From contig NC_091986.1 in assembly GCF_044704955.1 (NCBI RefSeq), positions 190,278,001-190,342,000 on the forward strand: DNA of 64,000 bases, read 5' to 3'. The position numbers and the translations under genes are program-made. Shown here piece after piece: positions 39,075-48,552 of this stretch. Positions within the stretch are counted from its first letter, which is position 1. Each line of letters starts with the position of its first letter. Below the pieces are notes generated by a model. It was not told the DNA's origin. It did not search any database and was given only the letters and a program-made list of their open reading frames with translations. This stretch comes from Pristiophorus japonicus (lineage: Eukaryota).

Positions 39075-40130
39075 AACAGCTTGCATTTATATAACACCTT
39101 TAATGTACTAAAACGTCCCAAGGTGCTTCACTGGAACATTATTAAACAAAAACTGACAGCGAGCCAAAGGAGGAAGAAGAAGTGACTAAAAGCTTGGTCA
39201 AGGGTAAGGTTTTAAAGGAGCATCGTAAGAGGAGAACTAGCGAGAGGGGTTTAGGGAGGAAATTTTAGAGCCTAGACAACTGAATGCACGGCCACCAATG
39301 CTGGGGCAAAGGAAGTGGTGGATGCACAAGAGGTCAGAGTTGGAGGAATGTAGAGTTCTTGGGAGGATTTTAGGGCTACAGTAGGTTACAGAAATGGGGA
39401 GGGCCGAGGCCATGGAGGGATTTGAACATGAGGATGAGAATTCTTTTAAAGAAATCGAGGTGTTGGTGGATCAATGTAGGTCACCGAGCACAGAGTTGAT
39501 GGGTCTCACGTGGACAATATACAGCAGACATCTCAAAGTGCTGCCTCCGCAAGATCCTGCAAATCCTGGATAGACGCACCAACGTCAGTGTTCTCGCTCA
39601 GGCCAACATCCCCAGCATCGAAGCACTGACCACGCTCAACCAACTCTGTTGGGCAGGCTACATCATCCGCATGCCCGACAAGAGACTCCCTAAGCAAGCG
39701 TTCTACTCGGAACTTCGACACAGCAAGCGAGCCCCAGCTGGGCAGAGGAAACATTTCAAGGACGCCCTCAAAGCCTCCTTGATAAAGTGCAACATCCCCA
39801 CCAGCACCTGGGAATCCCTGGCCCAAGACCGCCCAAAGTGGAGGAAGAGCATCCGGGAGGGCGCTGAGCACCTGGAGTCTCGTCACCGAGAGCATGCAGA
39901 AATCAAGCGCAGACAGCGGAAGGAGCGTGTGGCAAACCAGACTCCCCAGCCACCCTTTCCTTCAACCACTGTCTGCCCCACCTGTGACAGAGACTGTAAT
40001 TCTCACATTGGACTGTACAGCCACCTGAGAACTCACTTTTAGAGTGGAAGCAAGTCTTCCTCGATTTCGAGGGACTGACTGCGATGATGATGGGTGAATT
40101 GGACTTGGTGCAAGTTACGATACAGGCAGT
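39075..40130. mobile_element. L2 3' fragment (-) with an inserted RTE 3' fragment (+, ~39505-40090)
   Basis: The RTE encodes MPDKRLPKQAFY...CPTCDRDCNSHIGLYSHLRTH with a (gat)n tail; 'tgatgggt' is present at both junctions. Confidence 0.85.
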
Positions 40131-40980
40131 AGTTTATACTACAAATCACAAAAATTATGTTTTCTTAAAGGAAATAATATATGGAACACCTAGCAATCTC
40201 TAGCATGCACTTAAAATATTTCATAGTGGTGGCCACATGATGAGTGATAGCTGTTTTATCTTGGTTATTTTCACATGTAAACTCCTGTGTAGTGAAAACA
40301 CATCCTTGTCACAAAGGTCAGTACAGCTGAAGAACACTATTCAGCCCAACCTTCCACAGAAGCTTACAGTCCCACCGTCACTGTATTCTAATTGCATCTT
40401 GAATTATTCAATTTTTTGCCTCTACTACCCTAGCTGGAAGGCCATTCTTTGCATTAAAAAGTGCTTCCTGAAATTAGACCGGTATTAGATCTTTAGTGAA
40501 TTATATCCATAACCCCTTGACCTACAATTGTGATTTAAATTAAAATGTCCCAGATTAACCTTTTCTATTGCACTTAATACTCTATCTCTCTCTATTGGAC
40601 CCTTTTCATTTGCCTCCTTTGAAAGCTGAAGAGGTTGAATTTTTCTAGTCTTTCCTCAAAACTCAGTTCTCAAACTCAGAGCGTCACCTACAGGGCCTCT
40701 CGTTGCACTCTTTCCAGGTCTTGGGTGTTTCTGGTGACTTACTGATCAGAACTGAACTTAGCCATCAAGCTGGAGTCTGATCAAAGCACTAAGCAGTTTA
40801 ATTGTCTACGACTTGACAATTGGGATCAGCATTCCATTTAGTTTATTGTTAATCTACTACCCTCTCTTACCTCGTTTGCCTCTCCCCTGCTAGGTCAACA
40901 TCAGCAACATCAATATATTTCACAGTGGTGGCTACATGATTGGAGTGATAGCTGTTTTGTCTTGGTTATTTTCCACATGT

Positions 40981-41322
40981 GGATGCAGAGAGAATGTTTC
41001 CTCTGATGGGAGAGACTAGAACTAGAGGGCACAATCTTAGAATAAGGGGACTCCCTTTTAAAACAGAGATGAGGAGAAATTTCTTCTCTCAGAGGGTTGC
41101 AAATCTGTGGAATTCGCTGCCTCAGAGAGCTGTGGAAGCTGGGACATTGAATAAATTTAAGACAGAAATATAGTTTAAGGAACTGTCTAAGGGGATAAGG
41201 GTTATGGGGAGCAGGTGGGGAAGTGGAGCTGAATCCATGATCAGATCAGCCATGATCTTATTGAATGGCAGAGCAGGCTCGAGGGGCTGTATGGCCTACT
41301 CCTGTTCCTATTTCTTATGTTC
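40981..41322 (+). mobile_element. CR1 LINE 3' fragment
   Basis: DAERMFPLMGETRTRGHNLRI...; ttcttatgttct tail. Confidence 0.9.
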
Positions 41323-41464
41323 TTTACCACCGAGTAAGTGTGTCGCCCCATTCTTTCTTCTAAAGTGCAATGCCGTGTATGTACCCGCTTCAGGTTTCAC
41401 CGGTCAGTATCAGTATCGAGAAATTTGAACTCAAGTTGTTTACATAGAGTAGAAAGAAAGGGGC

Positions 41465-41815
41465 CGAGCTTGAGCACACAATCTAGGCTCGTGCTCCATG
41501 GCAGTACTGGGTGATGTAATCACAGAGGTGCTGCTCTTCTAGACGAGACCATATATCTATGCCTGTTCTGGTGCATATTAAAAGATTCAATGGCATCATT
41601 TGAACAAAAACAGAAAGTTCTAATATCCTGGCCAACATTCCTTCCTCACCCAACAGGAGCACAGATTAGCTGATCATTCATCTAATTACTGTTTGTGGGA
41701 TCTTGTTGTGTACAACATGGCTGGCACATTGTATACATAATAAATGAATTTCAAAACAAATGTGTCAGTAAAGCACTTTGAGAGCCATGATAAGGCGCTA
41801 TATAAATGCAAGTTT
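41465..41815 (+). mobile_element. Old SacSINE1-like DeuSINE
   Basis: Degenerate Deu domain; 'aaggcgctatataaatgcaag' tail. Confidence 0.7.
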
Positions 41816-41949
41816 TTTTTGACATTAAGATACAAATTTAGTCATTTACAAAAAAAATCTGGTGAGGACAGTAGTTTGGTTACAAATTGACAGCAGCACC
41901 CTACAATAGCATTTTGTTCGTATTGTAGTCACTGGTACTCGAAAACAGA

Positions 41950-42198
41950 CAGCAGAGCAGGTCTCCAATCATCCTGGTTAACCTTTGCCACTGGATAAAG
42001 GCCTAGCTCTGTCAAGCGCGTGTAGTGGCTGATGTGCAACGGTCACCACGTTAAAAAAATCCACGCACAGGCATCTTCCACCCCCTCAACTGGAGTTCAG
42101 GACTGGAACATCGTGTCCTTCATTGAAACATCTGTGAACTCACGTGGAAGCAAGTCACCCTCGTTCAAGGGACCGCCTATGAAGATGATGATGATGAT
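41950..42198 (+). mobile_element. Short non-autonomous element with an RTE-type 3' end
   Basis: 3' end 'gtggaagcaagtcaccctcg...gcctatgaagatgatgatgat' is shared with the RTE copies at ~2870 and ~40045; flanks aaaacaga/aaaataga resemble a TSD. Confidence 0.7.
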
Positions 42199-43121
42199 AA
42201 AATAGAATTATAGCAGTTATTTTTACTGCATAAAAAAAAATAATTTCTTTAAAAAACAACACATTGAAAAATGAAAAGAGTGTAATTTCTTAGTATGAAA
42301 TGCACTAGAACAGTCTCCTTACATCTCCCTCCCTGCTTAAAAAGGTTTTCTCAAAACCTTTTTCCCCCTCCAAACAATTCTTTTTCCTCCCTTAGCTACT
42401 CATTTTCCCTTTCCAGCCTTCTGGTCAGCACCCACTGTCTTTCCTCTGTCCTGTAAAATGCTTCATGTACATGCAAGAAATTCTTGTTGTTGTAATTGCA
42501 CAGCTGATTTCAGATTTAATTTCTCAGTACTTGCTCATTACCTTGGCACTAAACAATCAAAAAAGATTAAGAAAAAAGTTACAACAAAAATAAAATCAGA
42601 TGTTTTAATAGAAAAACAGACAATGCTGGAAATACATAGCAAGTGAGTCAGTGGAATTTCAACATTTTCTGTTTATAATTTAAAGTTAGGCTCACTGCCC
42701 CTATACATACTGACCCCCACCCCATCTCATTTCCCAGATATTATATAGATTTCAACAACAAAAAGTTACATTTTGCACACTGTATTGTTAGTATTTTACA
42801 CATAAGTGTATATATTGTTAATTCAAATATTCCTAATAGGCACCAATTGCATTATTTGGATTCAAGTTTGTCACTCATACAGACTCTTTTTGCTTCCCTA
42901 TTCCCTAAAGAAAATAACTACTTCAAACTGCCTGAACCTCTTTTTGCAGTTTTTAGTGACTTGGTACAGTGGATTGTAAAACTCATCTTTGAATAAAAGT
43001 TGCACAATGAGATGCTTTTCATCTTGATTTGAACTATCAGCTGGTAGGTTCAGTTGTGTTAAATTCAAGTTTGCCAGGGTGCATGTAGAGAGTTGGTTAA
43101 AAATTACTCAAAACTTAAAAA

Positions 43122-44249
43122 TTACATAATTGCCATAACCTGTTCACAAAGTACATTCCATTTGTTATGCAGCTCATTGTCCTGGGGGCAAACCCTTAAA
43201 TGGGCACTTGCCAAAACCATTGCTTCAGTGGGGCAAAATTTGTTGCCAATGAGGTCTGTAGAGAGCTGGTCACACATTGCAGATGGCAACCAATTAGACA
43301 GCACTTCGATGTTACAATTTTCAATTCTGCCATGGTTGATGCTCATGTTCAATTTCACCTCTGCCCCGGATACATTATGGTCCATAGAGAAAGAGTGACT
43401 GACACTGAACTTGGGTGTTCTTCCATAGATCCAATCCCAGCTTTTAAGCTCCTGGGTAAACTTGTTAACTCCTGGTAGCGCCAAATTGTCTTTGGGATCA
43501 ATGAGCACGATTTGGTTTTGGAGGCCGTGGCGCCTCGCATACTCTGCTGCAATTGCATCCATCAAGACATCACAAGTGAGAGTGGGATCCTCTTCCCAGA
43601 GGTTCTTCACAGTGGCGGGGACACTAGGGGTAGCGTTGCTTTTTAGACCTTGGTGGGGAGTGCGGAGTACAGAGGATAACAGAGACCTGTCTGAGTTGCA
43701 AAGCAAGGTGCAATGGTGATAAGCTGAGGTCCTTCCAATCTTGGAGGCAGTGCCTGAGATCTTGAAGGCACCGTTGAGCACCAGGTCGTACCTGTCTGTG
43801 GCCAAGATGTCCAGGTGAGGTCGGATTCCCCTCAGGGCAGAGATGACCAGCTCCAAGTTCCCGCGCCGGTCGTACCTCTTCTTGGAGGTGAAGAAGGTCA
43901 GGTTGATGTTGCCCAGGTCGTGGTAGACGGTGCCTCCTCCGCTCCTCCTCCGGCTCAGTTGGACGCCTTTGTCCCGCATGAGTTTCAGGTTGCATTCCTG
44001 CCAGGGGTTCTGGTGGCGACCGATGACCACGGCTGGGCAATTCCTCCAGAGCAGCAGCACCTCCCGGCCCCGGGACTGCACGTACTCGTGCAGCCAGTCC
44101 TCCGCCGCCAGGTTCTCGTAGACATCAGTGGACGTGGACTTCAAGAGCAGGGCACCGCCCTGGGGGTCATCCAAAGCGGCCAGAATGGCGCAGCGAACGG
44201 GGCAGAGCGCTCTCCACGCTGCCCGCAGGCTACCCCTCAGCAAGGGCAT
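43122..44249 (-). CDS. LIPT1: Lipoyltransferase 1, mitochondrial (375 aa from MPLLRG)
   Basis: NLAAEDW, VVIGRHQNPWQECNL, RRRSGGGTVYHD, KISGTA, HHCTLL, WIYGRTPKF, and C-terminus KWNVLCEQVMAIM as in LIPT1. Arg-rich N-terminus resembles a transit peptide. Acceptor tttttgcag| at 44257/44256, so the 31 extra residues in the ORF track are mostly intron-encoded and lie upstream of the likely start. Confidence 0.96.
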   Translation of the reverse strand: MPLLRGSLRAAWRALCPVRCAILAALDDPQGGALLLKSTSTDVYENLAAEDWLHEYVQSRGREVLLLWRNCPAVVIGRHQNPWQECNLKLMRDKGVQLSRRRSGGGTVYHDLGNINLTFFTSKKRYDRRGNLELVISALRGIRPHLDILATDRYDLVLNGAFKISGTASKIGRTSAYHHCTLLCNSDRSLLSSVLRTPHQGLKSNATPSVPATVKNLWEEDPTLTCDVLMDAIAAEYARRHGLQNQIVLIDPKDNLALPGVNKFTQELKSWDWIYGRTPKFSVSHSFSMDHNVSGAEVKLNMSINHGRIENCNIEVLSNWLPSAMCDQLSTDLIGNKFCPTEAMVLASAHLRVCPQDNELHNKWNVLCEQVMAIM

Positions 44250-44346
44250 CACGGCGCTGCAAAAATACAAACAGTAACAAATACCTGCAACGCACACGTT
44301 ATGACAACCCGCTCCTGCAGAGTGAAGGCCAGACACATTCACTCAC

Positions 44347-44608
44347 CTTTACACTGCTTCTCTTGTTGAGCAAGGCGCCTGCTTTGCCTCCACCCACTGT
44401 TTGTCATTTGCAATGAGAGGAAGGAGCTTCTGGGTAACATTGGATGGACATTTCACCCTCTCACAGCGCCATCTACACACGGGAGTGCTGCTCAAAGCAG
44501 TTCCTGCAGGTTTAATAGAGGGCTTGCACCGTCGAAGTGCAGTCTGGGATGGTCCCACCTCCATGACTGGAAGAGAAACACTGGACAAATCCCGTAGCCT
44601 GGTGAGCT
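44347..44608 (-). other. Exon upstream of the LIPT1 CDS (5' UTR/uORF or last coding exon of an upstream ORF)
   Basis: Long pyrimidine tract and cctcag| acceptor (44610-44609); AAG|gtgagt donor (44346); 90-nt intron to the LIPT1 exon. Confidence 0.7.
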
Positions 44609-45229
44609 CTGAGGCGACAAAGGTAGAAAGGGTAAGAGAGATAAATGAAAAGATAGGATAAAGAAGACAAACATTATCAATGCTTTTTAAAAATAAGCTA
44701 ACTTCGACAATTAACTAAGAATAAAATGGCTGTAAAATGGACTTGCTCTTAAATATGTAGTAATTTTCCAACCACAGAATATTCAAAGAAAAATGAAAGT
44801 ACTTTTCAGTCAGTTTTCAGATTCTATTATCTTAGTTATCATATCTACTGTCATACCTTTTAATCTAATTTCCCAATCTACCATAGCCAACTCGCCCCTC
44901 ATGACTATGTAATTTAAGTTTAATACTCTAGTTTCGGATTTAAGTACTTCATTCTCGAACTCAGTGTGAAATTCCAATAGTGACTACACTTCAAAAGTAC
45001 TTCATTGGTTATAAAATGCTTTGGGACGTCCTGGGGTCGTGAAAGGCTGTATAAATTAAAGACTTATTTTGGCGGCAACTATATCAATGCAACATGCCAC
45101 CTTTCATCATGTTTATGTTTTGGGCACTAACTTATGCCTCCGGTTTATGGCTTCAGCTGAAAATCTCACATCTAGGGCATTTGTCTAAATCTGATACAAT
45201 TTATTGTTGAAAAATTATTAAAGCTCCAT

Positions 45230-45885
45230 AACAACAACAACAAAAACTTCTCTTTCTATAGCACCTTTAACATAATGAAACATCCCTAGGCACTTTACAG
45301 GAGTATTATGTATAAGAATTTGACACTGAGCCACATAAGTAGAAATTAGCACAGGTGACCAAAAGCTTGGTCAAAGAGGTATGTTTTAAGGAGCATCTTG
45401 AAGGAGGAAAGAGAGGCAGAGAGGTTTAGGCAGGGAGTTCCAGAGCTTGGGGCCTAGGCAACAGAAGGCACGGCCACCAATAGTTGAGCGATTATAATCA
45501 GGGAAGCTCAGGAGGGCAGAATTAGAGGAGCGCAGACATCTTGAGGGGTTAGGGGGCTGGAGGAGATTACAGAGATAGGGAGGGGTGAGATCATGGAGGG
45601 TTCTGAAAATAAGGGTGAAAATTTTGAAATCAAGGCATTGCTTAACCAGAAGCCAATTTAGGTCAGTGAGCACTGGGGTGGTGGGTGAGTGGGACCTGGT
45701 GCGAGTTAGGACAAGGGCAGCCAAGTTTTCGATTGCCTCTAGTTTGCATAGGGTAGAATGTGGGAGGCCAGCCAGGAGTGCATTGGAATAGTCAAGTCTA
45801 GCAGTAACAAATACATGGATAAGGGTTTCAGCAGTAGATGAGTTGAGGCAAGGGGCGATGTTACAGAGGTGGAAATAGGTAGTTT
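45230..45885 (-). mobile_element. L2 LINE 3' fragment
   Basis: AALVLTRTRSHSPTTPVLTDLNWL...GGRAFCCLGPKLWNSLP; (ttg)n tail. Confidence 0.85.
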
Positions 45886-46275
45886 AAATAGGTTCTCAAT
45901 CGGTTTGATTCTTGCATATTCTAAATGTCATTCCCAACAGTTCTCAAATTGTGTATGAATATGGATCTGATAGTGCTAATCGCAAAGATAATGTATTATA
46001 TATTGTTTCACTTTAAAACAGCAAGCTAGTATCTTTCTACCTTATTTATGTACCATATTTCATTTTTTCCCTATATTGATAATGACATATTGGTAATCTG
46101 ATCAAGGGGCCCACACAATGCCAAACTGCAGCAGCAACATTTGAATCCAAAATAAAATTAAAGCCTCAAAATTCTTTTAGAGTATCTGGTATTTTATACT
46201 GTGATGTTAATGGAGCAGTTTTATTCCATTTTTGTAGATTTTGTCTCTTTGAATCCGGCCCCACCAACAACTGTT

Positions 46276-47625
46276 ACATAAGAACATAAGAATTAGGAAC
46301 AGGAGTAGGCCATCTAGCCCCTCGAGCCTGCTCCGCCATTCAACAAGATCATGGCTGATCTGGCCGTGGACTCAGCTCCACTTACCCGCCCGCTCCCCAT
46401 AACCCTTAATTCCCTTATTGGTTAAAAATCTATCTATCTGTGATTTGAATACATTCAATGAGCTAGCCTCAACTGCTTCCTTGGGCAGAGAATTCCACAG
46501 ATTCACAACCCTCTGGGAGAAGAAATTCCTTCTCAACTCGGTTTTAAATTGGCTCCCCCATATTTTGAGGCTGTGCCCCCTAGTTCTAGTCTCCCTGACC
46601 AGTGGAAACAACCTCTCTGCCCCTTTCATTATTTTAAATGTTTCTATAAGATCACCCCTCATCCTTCTGAACTCCAACAAGTAAAGACCCAGTCTACTCA
46701 AGCTATCATCATAAGGTAACCCCCTCATCTCCGGAATCAGCCTAGTGAATCATCTCTGTACCCCCTCCAAAGCCAGTATATCCTTCCTTAAGTAAGGCGA
46801 CCAAAACTGCACGCAGTACTCCAGGTGTGGCCTCACCAATACCCTATACAGTTGCAGAAGGATCTCCCTGCTTTTGTACTCCATCCCTCTCACAATGAAG
46901 GCCAACATTCCATTCGCCTTCCTGATTACCTGCTGCACCTGCAAACTAACTTTTTGGGATTCATGCACAAGGACCCCCAGGTCCCTCTGCACCGCAGCAT
47001 GTTGTAATTTCTCCCTATTCAAATAATATTCCCTTTTACTATTTTCTTTCCCAAGGTGGATGACCTCACATTTTCCAACATTGTATTCCATCTGCCAAAC
47101 CTTAGCCCATTTGCTTAACCAGCTAAATCTCTTTGCAGCCTCTCTGTGTCCTCTACACAATCCGCTTCCCCACTAATCTTTGTGTCATCTGCAAATTTTG
47201 TTACACTACATTCTGTCCCCTCCTCCAGGTCATCTATGTATATTGTAAACAATTGTGGTCCCAGCACCGATCCCTGTGGCACACCACTAATCACCGATTT
47301 CCAACCTGAAAAAGACCCATTTATCCCGACTCTCTGCTTTCTGTTCGCCAGCCAATTCTCTATCCATGCTAATACATTATCGCTGACTCCGCGTACCTTT
47401 ATCTTCTGCAGTAACCTTTTGTGTGACACCTTATCGAATGCCTTTTGGAAATCTAAATACACCACATCCATTGGTACACCTCTATCCACCATGCTCGTTA
47501 TATCCTCAAAGAATTCCAGTAAATTAGTTAAACATGATTTCCCCTTCATGAATCCATGTTGCGTCTGCTTGATTGCACTATTCCTATCTAGATGTCCCAG
47601 TATTTCTTCCTTAATGATAGCTTCA
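46276..47625 (-). mobile_element. CR1 LINE (same subfamily as 17875-19652), 5'-truncated
   Basis: RT motifs; (ataagaac)n tail. Confidence 0.93.
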
Positions 47626-48126
47626 ACTGTTGTGACTGATGTTAACAACCTCAGTGACTCACATTTATGTATGATCTACTCATACCAAAAAAAATGAACA
47701 ATTGTATTTGTGTTTGTAAAAACTAAGATACATTTATATTGCATCAAGCAAACTGAGAGCAACTTGTTCCTGAATTCACTTCTGGTTTGGAGATCTAATT
47801 TACACTGGTTCAGGCAAAAGCTTTTCTTACTTCTTGGCTTTTAAATTGGTCTGAAGCTTGTTGTCATTATTCTGTTGTTACATATGCATGATAATGTCAC
47901 AATGCTCAGAGCACATGCACCCACCACAATTTGAAAAACTTAGCAGCAATGAAAAATATTTCATTCATTATACTTAGGAGGGACATCCAATTGTTTCAAG
48001 ATTTTTCATTAAATTTCCCATTTTGCGTGTCATGCTAGCAAAGCTCCATCCATGCCTTCACTTTGTTGTGGACTTTTCAACGCACACTGCAGAAAATCAT
48101 GCTCACACTGTTGTCTAAGATCTGCT

Positions 48127-48478
48127 TAGCCCCATGGACTTTACAATTTAGCTTTAGTCAGGAAATCAGAATCCAGCTTCTCCTAGGATCCACTCTGAGA
48201 TTATAGGTGTCAGTCTCTGTTTACACACTAACTTTGTTGTACTGCAATGTTGAGGTTGGTGTGTAAACCATCATTTGTTATTCAAAGGTGAACACGCACT
48301 TTGGAGCAAGCAAGTAGCCAATACAGGGCCAAATTAATGCCTAGGCATAGATATGCCTAAGGTACTGCAGCAAGGGGAGTCCAAAGAAAATACAGCTCCA
48401 GGCGTTGGTCTAGGTTCCCTAGGAGAAGCTGGATTCTGATTTCCTGACTAAAACTAAATTGTAAAGTCCATGGGGCTA
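48127..48478. repeat. 61-bp inverted repeat (48127-48187 / 48418-48478), one mismatch
   Basis: tagccccatggactttacaatttagctttagtcaggaaatcagaatccagcttctcctagg and its reverse complement. Confidence 0.9.
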
Positions 48479-48552
48479 GATTTTCCATGTTTGTTGCATG
48501 CTTAACACCCACTTAACGTCCATTTTACCGCTGAAATGACGTATAACGCCCA

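Noticed and set aside
40237-40330. C/D snoRNA (ATGATGA...CTGA)
   Set aside because: No terminal stem, no plus-strand host gene, and the C box is broken in the duplicate copy.
44250-44342. 31-aa N-terminal extension of LIPT1 in the ORF track
   Set aside because: Lies almost entirely in a canonical 90-nt GT-AG intron and starts at a non-ATG codon.
47700-48090. Possible further upstream LIPT1 exon (ctgcag acceptor ~48088, gtaaga donor ~47830)
   Set aside because: All frames contain stops and the splice signals alone are too weak to call.
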